From: a virus | Lineage: Duplodnaviria; Caudoviricetes | Length of the DNA: 64,000 bases | Virus record (IMG/VR): IMGVR_UViG_3300028888_000001 | Reading direction: 5' to 3' (one strand) | Shown here: positions 20,774 through 31,488 of the stretch, one piece after another | Position numbering within the stretch: the stretch's first letter is position 1 | Layout: the number at the start of each line of letters is the position of its first letter | Position numbers and translations under genes: made by a program | The notes under the pieces: generated by a model | Told to the model about the DNA's origin: nothing | Database searches by the model: none | The model's input: only the letters and a program-made list of their open reading frames with translations

Positions 20774-21456
20774 TGGTCAAAGGTAAAGATAATACATTGC
20801 TAGTCGAGTTCGATTTTTTAATCGATCTCGATTTAGCAATGTATAGATTTGTCGCTAAAAATTTTTTGAACTCTCCATTGCTAAATAGAGATGTTATGTC
20901 TCTAAATAATGAGAATAAAATCAAATATATAATGCTAGCTAGAAAACACATAAATCCGCTAGAGATAATGTTTAAAGAAGAGTACAATGTTGGGCCTTCT
21001 TATTATGAATTACTAGATACAAGTTTATATTTGGAAATACTTAAAAATGCTACTGCATATGATACATTTGCTTTAATGGTAACGTTTCTACGGGAAGCGT
21101 CAAGCGTATCTATAGACGTTTTATGTAAATCCGATGTAGAGGCTGATATTATTAAAGCAATGAATCCAAAACTTTCTACAGTAAGATTCCCTGTAAAGAG
21201 AGAGATAAATCTTAAACCTTATACTGCGTTGTATCTTAAATATTTTGTAAATGCAACCCAGTATGATAATCTTAATGGTAAGCATATCTATATTCCATGT
21301 GCTAAGTTTAATATGGAAGATGAGGAAGATATTGTAGATCATAAGATGCTTGAACTATTTGGGCACTCAAATGAAATTCATCTTATAGATCTATATACTA
21401 ATATCAAATATATTCCAAAAAGAAAGGGCAAGATTGATGATGAAGATGTATTCTAA
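20773..21456 (+). CDS. hypothetical protein (weak HAD-like N-terminus)
   Basis: TAATG coupling to upstream gene; LLVEFDFLIDLD. Confidence 0.65.
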   Translation: MVKGKDNTLLVEFDFLIDLDLAMYRFVAKNFLNSPLLNRDVMSLNNENKIKYIMLARKHINPLEIMFKEEYNVGPSYYELLDTSLYLEILKNATAYDTFALMVTFLREASSVSIDVLCKSDVEADIIKAMNPKLSTVRFPVKREINLKPYTALYLKYFVNATQYDNLNGKHIYIPCAKFNMEDEEDIVDHKMLELFGHSNEIHLIDLYTNIKYIPKRKGKIDDEDVF

Positions 21457-23194
21457 TATCGTCCCACAAGATATAGTTAGAAAAACTCAAAGAGAAACAT
21501 TAACTATCATCGCTGATGCATTGAGTAATTCATTTGGTCCTAAGGGATCTACTACAGCTATAGTGAAGCATTTAGATCCTAACGAGGCAAATATTTCTAT
21601 AGAGTATACCAAAGACGGCCATACGATTGTAAAATCTATGATGTTTATGGGTACCATTGAAAGATCTGTACAAGATCTTCTTACAGAATTAACAAGATAC
21701 GTTGTTAAAGAAGTTGGCGATGGCACGACTTCTGCTGTAATTCTGTGCAAGACTGTATTCGATGCTCTGTGTGATAATGATAGAATTAATGCATGCTCTC
21801 CGTCTGATACATTACATAGATTCCATGAAGTAATCGAGGAAGTTAATAAGCGTATTCTTAAACTAGCAAAAGAATGTACTATAGATGATATCTATAATAT
21901 AGCTCTCATTTCTACCAACAATAATGAAGAAATATCTAAAACACTCTTAGGCATCTATAAGAAATATGGATTAGATGTCTACATCGATGTTGGTATTTCT
22001 AATGAAACAGAAAACATAGTAAAAGAATATGATGGAATGACATTAGACACCGGATTTACAGATATCTGCTTTGTTAATGATAAAGCCAATAATACTGCAA
22101 AAGTCGTAAATCCAAGTGTTTATTGTTTTAATGATCCTATCGACACACCAGAAATGCTAGGGCTGCTGGATGCAATATTGGAGCATAATATTCTTCGCTG
22201 CTATAGACCAAATTCTGTATATGAGCCAATCCCTACAGTTATATTAGCCAAGAAAATCACTCCAGATTCTTCTTCTTATTTTGAAACTGTAGTAAAGCTC
22301 ATGAATCAGTATCCTGGAAAGATTCCGCTTCTTATAGTGTCTGACATTCATCAGGATTATTTATATGAAGACATAGCTCAAATGTGCGGAGCTAAATTCA
22401 TTAAGAAATATATCTCTCAGGAGATTAAACAGAAAGACGTTGAAGCAGGTATTGCTCCTACAATAGAAAATGTATGGGAATTCTGTGGCCACGCCGATGA
22501 AATTAGAGCAGATCAGCTCAAGACTCAGGTTATCAGACCAGCAAAAATGTTTAACGAAGACGGTACTAAGTCTGAAGAGTATAATACTATGCTTACATAT
22601 TTAGAGACTCAGATTACCAAAGCTATTAAAGAAGACGCTGGTGTAAATGAGATTGCTAGAACCAAGAGAAGATACAATTCATTCAAGGGTAATATGATTG
22701 ACTTCTTGATTGGTGGATTAACTTTAGCCGATAGAGAAGCTTTAAAGTCCTCTGTTGAAGATGCTGTGTTAAACTGCAGATCCGCTGCTGTAAATGGTGT
22801 TGGATACGGTGCAAACTATATGGCATTTAAAGTCTTATCTGATATGATTCATGAACCTAAATGGGAATCTAACGTCATAGTAGATATTCTTTATACGGCA
22901 TACTATGATCTCATTAAGATTCTTTATACTAAGAGCTTTGGTATTGATGAGATTATTCCTATAATTAATAATAGCATTAAGTATGGTTGCCCATTGAATA
23001 TCAGAACCAATGAATATGATCATGACGTACTGAGTTCTATTAAGTCTGATATTATAGTTCTCGAAACTATAGATAAAATTCTAGCCCTTATGTATACAAC
23101 AAATCAATATCTTGTACCTACACCAGCTCATAATATGTATATAGAGGCTAAGGAAAATGAAAATGCTTCCACTAAAAAATCCTCAGAATCTTGA
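21434..23194 (+). CDS. groEL: phage chaperonin (GroEL/Cpn60-like)
   Basis: NSFGPKG, TKDG, VGDGTTS, SVEDA and GVGYGA motifs; no groES nearby. Confidence 0.92.
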   Translation: MMMKMYSNIVPQDIVRKTQRETLTIIADALSNSFGPKGSTTAIVKHLDPNEANISIEYTKDGHTIVKSMMFMGTIERSVQDLLTELTRYVVKEVGDGTTSAVILCKTVFDALCDNDRINACSPSDTLHRFHEVIEEVNKRILKLAKECTIDDIYNIALISTNNNEEISKTLLGIYKKYGLDVYIDVGISNETENIVKEYDGMTLDTGFTDICFVNDKANNTAKVVNPSVYCFNDPIDTPEMLGLLDAILEHNILRCYRPNSVYEPIPTVILAKKITPDSSSYFETVVKLMNQYPGKIPLLIVSDIHQDYLYEDIAQMCGAKFIKKYISQEIKQKDVEAGIAPTIENVWEFCGHADEIRADQLKTQVIRPAKMFNEDGTKSEEYNTMLTYLETQITKAIKEDAGVNEIARTKRRYNSFKGNMIDFLIGGLTLADREALKSSVEDAVLNCRSAAVNGVGYGANYMAFKVLSDMIHEPKWESNVIVDILYTAYYDLIKILYTKSFGIDEIIPIINNSIKYGCPLNIRTNEYDHDVLSSIKSDIIVLETIDKILALMYTTNQYLVPTPAHNMYIEAKENENASTKKSSES

Positions 23195-23365
23195 ATTTGA
23201 AAGGTTATATGCTAATAACTCTAAGCGATGGGGATATACCAAGATAGGCGTATGTCCCCATTGTGGGCATTATCGAAAGATATAAAAATGCTTGAATTTC
23301 ATTGTAGAGTATGTGATAAAGATTTGAAATATTGGCTAGATGAAGATGCTATTAATAATTTTTAA
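23163..23365 (+). CDS. small zinc-ribbon protein split across two frames (CPHC...CRVC)
   Basis: Frame 0 ends at TAA 23283-23285; the -1 frame continues KDIKMLEFHCRVCD to TAA 23363-23365; CGA AAG at 23274-23279. Confidence 0.5.
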
Positions 23366-23393
23366 AATAATTATTGGGAGGAGGTGAAAAATA

Positions 23394-24179
23394 TTGGCTG
23401 ATGGAATGTCTTTTGATAAATATATAGATAATCCTTCTGGAGGTCAAGTATTCACTAACCGCCAAATGTATAAAAGTATGTATAAGCGTAAGTTCGACAT
23501 TTTGATGGTGCGAGAACAAAATCACGTAGCTTATAAAATATATAAAGCTGATGATACTGTAGACGCTTATTATATTCATTTTAAGATACCATCTGAAGTT
23601 GTGCCTAATTTCTACTATGATGTAGTCATTAGATTATTCACAACCGAAAATGTGAAGAAAAACCAAGCCAATTTAAGAAATTACGCTGTTAATTTCTATT
23701 CAAATGACCCGGCTTTCGTTTATACATTTGCTCATGCATTTAAAAAGAATAAACTTTTCATACCAGATTTAGAGCCTAAGATGTCTAAAAGAGCATTAAG
23801 GGAAAATGCTGATGTTAGAAATCCTAAAAATAATGTCTGGTACGTAAAATCATTATTCTTTGCTTATCTAGCGATGGAGAAATATAATCTATTTTCTAGA
23901 TCAATGCTAAATCAAAATTCTTCTAAGTATAATAAAAAAGAATTACTTAAAAATATAACTGACGCTGATACTAAAGTTGCCGCAAGACAGTTTGAAGAGA
24001 GCAAATTAAAAGAGCAACAGAAAAAAGAAAAAGACGATGCGGAGAGAGAACGTCATAGAAAATATTTATCTGCTTATCCAAGAAACAACCTAACTAAAGT
24101 TTCTAAAGTCACTACAACTTCTAAGGTCTCCAAGGTTACAAAGACCTCCAAAGTTTCAAAAAGAACAAAAATAACATAA
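23394..24179 (+). CDS. hypothetical protein with basic KVSK-repeat tail
   Basis: GGAGGAGGTG RBS with TTG start; 261 aa. Confidence 0.8.
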   Translation: MADGMSFDKYIDNPSGGQVFTNRQMYKSMYKRKFDILMVREQNHVAYKIYKADDTVDAYYIHFKIPSEVVPNFYYDVVIRLFTTENVKKNQANLRNYAVNFYSNDPAFVYTFAHAFKKNKLFIPDLEPKMSKRALRENADVRNPKNNVWYVKSLFFAYLAMEKYNLFSRSMLNQNSSKYNKKELLKNITDADTKVAARQFEESKLKEQQKKEKDDAERERHRKYLSAYPRNNLTKVSKVTTTSKVSKVTKTSKVSKRTKIT

Positions 24180-24242
24180 AGCAGGAAATAGTTATATATT
24201 ATAAATTCGTAGCAATGAAATCTTAGGAGGAGAAAAACAAGC

Positions 24243-26182
24243 ATGAAGATGTATGATTTAGTAAATAAGGAGGGATTTATCCATGTTGATGATTGGGACA
24301 CTGAAGAAAACCCGGCCCCGGAAGAAGATCGAATATTCAAAAACATTAAGGGAGAGATAATATTACCAATACATGAGCTGTTTGGTAATCCAAATGACTC
24401 AGCGGATGCACAACAATTAGATTATTTTGCTATGTCACCAAAACGTTCATATAATTCAGATGAGACTAGAGAACATATTTGCCGTTATCTGAATTATTTT
24501 GAAAAGTTTTATGATACTGACAAAGAATTGTTAATGGTTTTGTATGAAATCAAGATAAATATAGACTACATTCATAGTTATTCTATTCAGAACTTCATGG
24601 ATGATGTCAATAGATACATCATACGAAATCTCAATATAACGCTGAAGATTAGGCATTTTGTAGATGATAATTATTTGATGCATCTAACGTCGAACAATAG
24701 AACTCCGAATCTTCAGTTTAACAATGTACACGCAAAGATACTTTACGAAATTTCTCTTTTGAGCAATATGTATATACCATTAGCTTGCCACTATATGTAT
24801 ATACATTTCATAAAAAATGAAAAAATAGCAGAATTTATGTTGCAACTATTTGATATGGCTATGGTAAAATATGAAGAAGAGCGAGGTGTGTATATATTTG
24901 ATAAGCTATTAGAGACAGCCATTTCAGTTGTAAATAAATCTAAGAATCCAGATCAGCTATTATGGGAAAAGAATCTTATTCGTGGTAATAATACAACAAC
25001 GCATGCAAGAGACAGCGTTAATGATATTATCCTTCAAATTCTTCCCAAATATAAGTATACTGCAAACGTTGTATCATTTAATTATTATTCAAGTAGAAAA
25101 ACTTTGCAGTATAAAATTACTGATAATTCGTATGAATTTAATTTTTCTAAGTTAAGTTCATCGAAAAGAGATAGTGATCAAAACAGCGAATACGATAAAA
25201 TATCTTGTCGCCTCATTGTGGTAACACAGTGTTGAATAACTCTTTTTAATTGCTGGGAAGTGCTAAGAGCCTCTATGCCTAAATGGAGACGAAAGTCAGA
25301 AATAAGTTAGAGGATGGCTCATGCTGAAATAAAAGCTTCACTTATGTGAGGTGCTAAAAGCCGTTAACAATGTATAATCAGCAACCAAGCTATATTTATA
25401 CAATATAGAAGGTTCAACGACTATCTTAGGAATAAGATTAGAGCTCAAGTGAGTTCAAAATGGAAGAGCATCCTATACGACATAGGATGGTGATATAGTC
25501 TGAGCATCCAGAGAAATACTGGAGAAGTTCATAAGAGAACTGCTAGGATTAACGACCCTAGTGAACATAGCTGAGGTATGAGGCCCGATTATCGAAGAGA
25601 GACGAAGCTCTGTATCTTCAGAATAAAGTTGCAGCTGAGCAAACTGTAAAAGTTATAGAGCAATTATATGGGCCATTTGAACAAGAAGAAATCAATCACT
25701 ATAAAGCTAAACTTATAGTAGATGGATCTCCACTAATTCATCCACTACAAAGACAGCTTATAGGATATCTTTATTATAAAGACTTCTCAGATCCGATAAC
25801 ATACATGAGTATACATAACTCGACAGATTATATTAAACTCATTATTGCGGCTAAGAGAATGTTACTTAATACTGGCATGGTATTATTACCATATATAATG
25901 AGTTCTAAAGTTACTCGATTGGCAACTAGAAAAATTATATCTAAAAGAGACATCACTAAGCAAGAGAATTCCGTTATATATGAACAGCTTAAAGAAAAAT
26001 ATAATAATGAAAAAGTAATTCAAAAGATATGGGAATTTATAGGAATGGTATGCTCTTCTTCATTTCAGATTATTGATTATGATATTAATAACCATTGCCC
26101 TACTCAATATGATGGAAAAATGGTTCCAATGATTAACGATATTTTGAATGAGGAATTGTTATTCTTTATAATTTCAATTTGA
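24243..26182 (+). CDS. intron-split gene, join(24243..25196,25574..26182), 520 aa; probable non-virion RNAP promoter-specificity (sigma-like) subunit, AR9 gp226-like
   Basis: Splicing restores a continuous frame (...NSEYD|RYEARLSKRDE...); early motif at 24192; size and position near the chaperonin mirror AR9 gp226/gp228. Confidence 0.6.
25197..25573 (+). mobile_element. group I intron (IA-like), 377 nt, no homing endonuclease ORF
   Basis: P AATTGCTGGGAA 25248, Q AATCAGCA 25376, R TTCAACGACTAT 25413, S GATATAGTC 25492; P1 CGAUA/UGUCG with U-G at the 5' splice site; P10 AUAUCU/AGGUAU; terminal G 25573. Confidence 0.92.
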
Positions 26183-26194
26183 GAGGAAAATATA

Positions 26195-26488
26195 ATGGCG
26201 ATCCATCATAGCTCGTATGATAAAGTCGAAACGATTAATCTTACAAATACAGATGTTCTGGTTGCAGATAAATTGCTTAGATTACAATTAAGCAACATCA
26301 GGAAAGCCAAACATCTTACACAAAAAGAATTGAGCGATATTTGCGGATTATCAGAGAGTACAATCTCTAGCATTGAATCTGGTGCTGGAGAATCTTCTCC
26401 AACATTGAGAAGTCTTACCAGATATGCTTTAGGAGTTGGAGCAGAAATAGACATTCGCATTATAGATAAAAATATACTTAATGAGTAA
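26195..26488 (+). CDS. XRE-family HTH transcriptional regulator
   Basis: LSNIRKAKHLTQKELSDICGLSESTISSIESG...PTLRSL. Confidence 0.88.
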   Translation: MAIHHSSYDKVETINLTNTDVLVADKLLRLQLSNIRKAKHLTQKELSDICGLSESTISSIESGAGESSPTLRSLTRYALGVGAEIDIRIIDKNILNE

Positions 26489-26596
26489 CACTTAAGTAAG
26501 GGTTGATTGCCTTTCTTTTTATCATATAAAACAGAATTCGGAGTGGTACCGCTAGCCACTCCGGATATGTTTTGCTATCTTTTAAGGAGAAAAATA

Positions 26597-27769
26597 ATGA
26601 TTAGAAAAATTCATATTTATCATCATAACGATAATGATGGAAAGTTTGCTGCTGCGTTAATGTATCAATATTTTAAGAGATACGACAAGCGATATAGAAA
26701 AACATTATTTTATTCAATAGATTACATCACAGAGATTAATCTAGAGAATATTCCTATGGAAGATTGTTTAATATTTGTAGATTACTCATTCTCCAATCAG
26801 CATAATGCTGATCAATTGCTTAAAGCTCATGAGCGAAATATACCGATCGTATGGATCGATCATCATAAATCTTCTGAGCATTTCTTATGGAATGTTCTTG
26901 GTAGAGACGTATATGGTATACAAGAGCAAGATAATCTAGTCACATATTATGATACAACATTCAGTGCTACTAGATTATGCTGGAACTATTGTCGTTCTAG
27001 AGCTATAGTTAAATCTGAGGTTGAACCATGGGATAAAGTTAAGACATACACTGAAGCAGAATATATTGCTAATAATATTCCTAACTTTATTAAGTACGTA
27101 GATGATTATGATCTGTGGAAATTTTCTAAAGGCGATAATGCTCATCTATTCCACTATGGTGTTAACGTACAAGAATATAATCTTAAAACGCTTATCAATG
27201 ATATATTATCAGAAAGAGACGTAGCAATGTCAGACTCTTATAATATTTTCGAAGACCAGATTGATAGTATTAATAAAAAATCATTTAAATTCATTCAAGA
27301 TGTTCTTGGCGTTGGAGGAAATATTTTAAAGTATAATGACGTCAGATACAATCTTGAAAGAGAATTTGGAGCTTTCCAATTTAAGATTGTAGATACATTC
27401 ACTACAAAGAATAAATTGACATGGACAGGCGTTGCCATGAATATTCATTCCAATTCAGAATCATTTGGAGATCTATACAATAAGTATGATATAGTTTGCC
27501 CGTTTGTTATGAGCAAACATGGACTATGGAAATATAGCCTATTCTCTAAAATGAAAGATCCTAACTTAGATCTTTCAAAATATGCTGAGATTCTAGGCAG
27601 CACTAAAGGCGGGTCTGGAGGCGGCGGGCATGCTAAAGCTTCAGGATTCCAGCATTATGATCTGCTGTTAGCACCAAATGTAGTCATTTACATTAAACCA
27701 AAAGCATTTAGCAAAAAACCTGTCGTTTCATATGAAATTTTAGATACAGATTTATTTGAAAAGGCTTAA
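26597..27769 (+). CDS. DHH/DHHA1 family phosphoesterase
   Basis: HHNDNDG, FVDYS, WIDHH, DDYDLW, GGGGHAKASG; AAGGAG before ATG 26597. Confidence 0.9.
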   Translation: MIRKIHIYHHNDNDGKFAAALMYQYFKRYDKRYRKTLFYSIDYITEINLENIPMEDCLIFVDYSFSNQHNADQLLKAHERNIPIVWIDHHKSSEHFLWNVLGRDVYGIQEQDNLVTYYDTTFSATRLCWNYCRSRAIVKSEVEPWDKVKTYTEAEYIANNIPNFIKYVDDYDLWKFSKGDNAHLFHYGVNVQEYNLKTLINDILSERDVAMSDSYNIFEDQIDSINKKSFKFIQDVLGVGGNILKYNDVRYNLEREFGAFQFKIVDTFTTKNKLTWTGVAMNIHSNSESFGDLYNKYDIVCPFVMSKHGLWKYSLFSKMKDPNLDLSKYAEILGSTKGGSGGGGHAKASGFQHYDLLLAPNVVIYIKPKAFSKKPVVSYEILDTDLFEKA

Positions 27770-27772
27770 ATT

Positions 27773-28834
27773 ATGTATAATCTTATAAGGCAAGAATTTA
27801 TAGAGATGGTACGTTCATTCTACCCATCTGTAAAAGTTGCTTCTGGTGGTACTGAAATCGTAGTAAGATGTATGTTATGTGGAGATTCAGAAAATCGAAA
27901 TCATGCTCATATGTATATTTCAGTACCACAAAACTATGATGAGATACCATTTTATCATTGTAAAAAATGTAACGCCTCAGGAATTGTAGACGACATATTT
28001 TTACGTAAGCTTGGATGTGAAGACTCTAGAGTTTTAATAGATCTACTTAAGCATATAAACGATATTAAGAGATCCCCTAAATATTCTAAGCTTTACCAAG
28101 TAGACATTTATCCATTAAAAAATCAATTCATTTCAAATCAAGCTTGGAATCAACCCAAGCTTGATTATATTAACAAACGTATAGGGTCTAGTTTTAGTAT
28201 ACAAGATCTAATACAGCTAAAAATATTTCTAAATATTGGCGATATTATCGTACAGAATGATTTACTACTTACAAGACATGAGTCTATTGTTAAAGCATTA
28301 CACGAGCATTTTATTGGGTTTATATCATATGATAACTCTTATTGCATACTCAGAAAATATGATAATGCTGAGTTATATCAATCTATAAATAAGAGATACG
28401 TTAATTATAACCTGATAAGCAAGAATGATAACAATAAAGATTTCTATGTCATACCAACAACCATAGATATTCAATCAACCACTCCTGTAAAAATACATAT
28501 CGCAGAGGGAGTCTTTGATATACTATCGATATTTTATAATCTCAATAGGTGTAATAATACACAGAATATCTATATATCAGCTTCAGGCAAATCATACTCT
28601 CAAGCTTTAAGTTTTATACTAAAAGAGACTAGAGTTATAAATTATGAATTACATATATACCCAGATAATGATGTAAGCGATTATTCTCTTAAAAAACTCA
28701 TGCTTAATTCAATAGCGGCGCTCCCAACAGACATCTATATACATAGGAATATCTATACTGGAGAAAAAGATTATGGTGTTCCGTTAAGTAGAATAACAGA
28801 CTCTGTTGAGGTTATATATGAGGAAAAGCTATAA
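27773..28834 (+). CDS. DNA primase (zinc-binding domain plus TOPRIM)
   Basis: RCMLCGDS...H...CKKC; AEGVFD, YPDND, KDYG. Confidence 0.85.
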   Translation: MYNLIRQEFIEMVRSFYPSVKVASGGTEIVVRCMLCGDSENRNHAHMYISVPQNYDEIPFYHCKKCNASGIVDDIFLRKLGCEDSRVLIDLLKHINDIKRSPKYSKLYQVDIYPLKNQFISNQAWNQPKLDYINKRIGSSFSIQDLIQLKIFLNIGDIIVQNDLLLTRHESIVKALHEHFIGFISYDNSYCILRKYDNAELYQSINKRYVNYNLISKNDNNKDFYVIPTTIDIQSTTPVKIHIAEGVFDILSIFYNLNRCNNTQNIYISASGKSYSQALSFILKETRVINYELHIYPDNDVSDYSLKKLMLNSIAALPTDIYIHRNIYTGEKDYGVPLSRITDSVEVIYEEKL

Positions 28835-29216
28835 ACGAATAAGAGAATTTAATTATTATAAAACAAAAGAAAAATTAATAAATGATATAAATGTAAATTA
28901 TATAGAAAACTCAAGATCAATTTTTGATAATGCTTCAGAGCATTCATTTTGGGCATCTGACGATAAGTTAGAATACAAAGAACGAGATTTAAAGCGAATC
29001 ATGGTGAATAACATTCGACATACACAATGTGAGTATGATAAAGCATTAAATAAATTAACTAGAGTTTCTAGAAAAGCAAGACAAGATTCTCAAATAGCGT
29101 ATCATTTATATAAAAACGCTACACTGAATGCCATTGGTAAACAATATCCGTATTTGGAAGAAGAATGTGCTAGACAAAAACATAAGGTGCCAATGATGAG
29201 AATTGTAAAACCCTAG
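28818..29216 (+). CDS. hypothetical protein
   Basis: GAGG RBS; overlaps primase end; hairpin at 29211-29234. Confidence 0.65.
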   Translation: MRKSYKRIREFNYYKTKEKLINDINVNYIENSRSIFDNASEHSFWASDDKLEYKERDLKRIMVNNIRHTQCEYDKALNKLTRVSRKARQDSQIAYHLYKNATLNAIGKQYPYLEEECARQKHKVPMMRIVKP

Positions 29217-29336
29217 AGGATTGCTCCTCTAGGGTAATCTTGCGTGATTATAATTATATATTATAAATATGATTATTAATAACTCTTAGGACTTATTAAT
29301 AATCAAATATATCCAAGGGGGTAAATAAGGGGAATT

Positions 29337-29627
29337 ATGATGTGTAAAATCAAAATTGAATCTTCATCTATAAACGGCTGGGTAGATGAAGAGAGTCTAG
29401 AGCTGTTACCAGTCGATAGCAACGCAACTTTGTTCTTCTCTAAAGGGGAGGCTGAAAGATTTTTAGCTATGACGAAAAACAAAGCTGCAGAATATAATAA
29501 ACGTGTATCTGCTATTGAGAACGATAATAGCAGAAGTATTGTTGCTTCATTTGTCAAAGCATCGGTTAGCGGTAATCTTATCGACGCACTGATGAGTGGA
29601 GCATCAGTCCACTATATTTGCGTATAA
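29337..29627 (+). CDS. small early hypothetical protein
   Basis: Early motif at 29254; AAGGGG RBS; terminator at 29633-29662. Confidence 0.7.
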   Translation: MMCKIKIESSSINGWVDEESLELLPVDSNATLFFSKGEAERFLAMTKNKAAEYNKRVSAIENDNSRSIVASFVKASVSGNLIDALMSGASVHYICV

Positions 29628-29752
29628 AAATAAGGGGGAGAGCTTATGCTCTCCCCTCTTTATTAACATTTAAATTTTTTTATCTTAAATTAGCCCTATC
29701 GAACATTTCATTAAATTTATAAAAAATATAAAAGAAAGGAGGATTATTATAG

Positions 29753-31063
29753 GTGGCTGGTAAATTCTTTAATACGACGACAGCTTATACTCAAATGGTT
29801 AATCAAGCTGCTCAGACTATGAAGGGATTAATGGATAATCCTTACTATCTTTTTACAGATAAAAAAGCATCTGAGTGCACTTACTATAATTTAAATACTA
29901 CAATGACTACATTAGATGAAGCTACCAGAGGTAATTACAGCGAGATATCTAATAGTAGCCCATTGAGATTTAATAAGATAAAGAATTTTCTTTTATATGG
30001 AGTCACTAAAATAGACATAAATCTTGAAGTTGCCGAGTTTGGTCTTGAAACTACAGATGTTACTGGAGAAGCTTTAGTTTTACCAAGAACTATAATACCA
30101 TATCCAGGAGATAGATTTATACTAACTCAAACAAAAGAAAATCTTTTATTTAGAGTAACCGCTGTAAATCCTAATACTCTGGATACTGGAGCTACTCTAT
30201 ACAGAATAAATTATGTGCTTGAATCTTCAGACGGAATCAAAAAAATTGACCCTCAGGTGGTCAAGATTTTTAATTTTGTTTTGGACAACACTGGTCTTGG
30301 TAGCAATGCCGCTGCTTCATTAATTGAAGAAGATCAATTTAATGATTTAAGCGATCTTCAAGATATGGCAACAGAGCTTAAAGATTTTTACATCTCGATG
30401 TTTTACGATACCAAAGTCCAATCATTCACATATCAACACAATCCATTTACTAAAGAATGGGAAGATATGAATGGTGGTCAGCATCATTTACATCTAGCAA
30501 ATATGCATAAAGTAGACTGTAGAAACCCATTAGGTTTTAAAGTTTACGACCCGTATCTGATTGAATTCATGATTCGCAATAAGATATTAACCGGAGCCAC
30601 AGATTATATCTATGTATCTCAACAAATGTTCTTACCATCTACATTTGCTATGGATTATAATAAAACTATTTTTGCTTCATTAGAAGATAGATTTATTAAT
30701 AAACACTATGGCAGATCAGTTGGTAATTTATTATATTGTGACCAGCAATTGTCTTTGCTTTATGCTTATCCGTTGGATTATTATTATATGACGTATCATA
30801 ATCTAGATGCTAGATTCTATTATATTTCTATATTTGATGATCCTGACTTTAAGAATAAAATTATCGAGAATAAATACGATTCTACAGATAATTATCTTAA
30901 GCAAGTCATCATTAAATATTTTAATTCTGAGGATATAACTTCAGAAGATATAGAGCATCTTAAGCATGTAGATTATTTAGATAATAAAACGTTCTACTAT
31001 CAAATTCCAATGGTTATTTTCTGCATAGAACAACAGATAGCTGGGGCTATGAAGAAAGGGTAA
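29753..31063 (+). CDS. late virion structural protein
   Basis: Late motif at 29702; AAAGGAGG with GTG start. Confidence 0.7.
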   Translation: MAGKFFNTTTAYTQMVNQAAQTMKGLMDNPYYLFTDKKASECTYYNLNTTMTTLDEATRGNYSEISNSSPLRFNKIKNFLLYGVTKIDINLEVAEFGLETTDVTGEALVLPRTIIPYPGDRFILTQTKENLLFRVTAVNPNTLDTGATLYRINYVLESSDGIKKIDPQVVKIFNFVLDNTGLGSNAAASLIEEDQFNDLSDLQDMATELKDFYISMFYDTKVQSFTYQHNPFTKEWEDMNGGQHHLHLANMHKVDCRNPLGFKVYDPYLIEFMIRNKILTGATDYIYVSQQMFLPSTFAMDYNKTIFASLEDRFINKHYGRSVGNLLYCDQQLSLLYAYPLDYYYMTYHNLDARFYYISIFDDPDFKNKIIENKYDSTDNYLKQVIIKYFNSEDITSEDIEHLKHVDYLDNKTFYYQIPMVIFCIEQQIAGAMKKG

Positions 31064-31197
31064 TAGTATAGACTTTTTTGAAGAGGAGGCTGTAAGAATT
31101 AATGAGTGGTTCTTAGACCCATTCAAAAAGAAAAAGCGAGTAAATAATAAAAAGATGATAAATCTACCAAAGAAAAAATTAATTGAAGGGAGTTACT

Positions 31198-31470
31198 ATG
31201 AGGCCTGAAGTAAATGTAGATAAGCTTAGAAGAATGAATACGAATAAAAATCGTACTGATGTAGAAAACGTTCTTCTTAAAGAAATGGTTGAATATGATT
31301 TAGGTGAGCTCTTACATGAAGCAGATGAATCTGGCATCGATGCTATCATTCCTGATAATGTGCAGGGCGATCATCTTTTTGGAGATGTGTCTAGTGATAA
31401 TACATTAGATTCTGCTTTTATAGATGACGACGATGATCTCTTAGGAGATTTTAATATGGTTGAAATATAA
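31198..31470 (+). CDS. small acidic late protein
   Basis: AAGGGAG RBS before ATG 31198. Confidence 0.65.
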   Translation: MRPEVNVDKLRRMNTNKNRTDVENVLLKEMVEYDLGELLHEADESGIDAIIPDNVQGDHLFGDVSSDNTLDSAFIDDDDDLLGDFNMVEI

Positions 31471-31488
31471 AATAGGAGGAAATATCCA

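Noticed and set aside
24243-25235. Two separate genes (330 aa and 125 aa) as given in the ORF track
   Set aside because: Explained by the group I intron; the spliced frame is continuous
31052-31207. Open +1 frame after the 29753 gene suggesting a frameshift extension
   Set aside because: No canonical shift site, no good start near its 5' end and no recognisable motif; may be chance in AT-rich DNA
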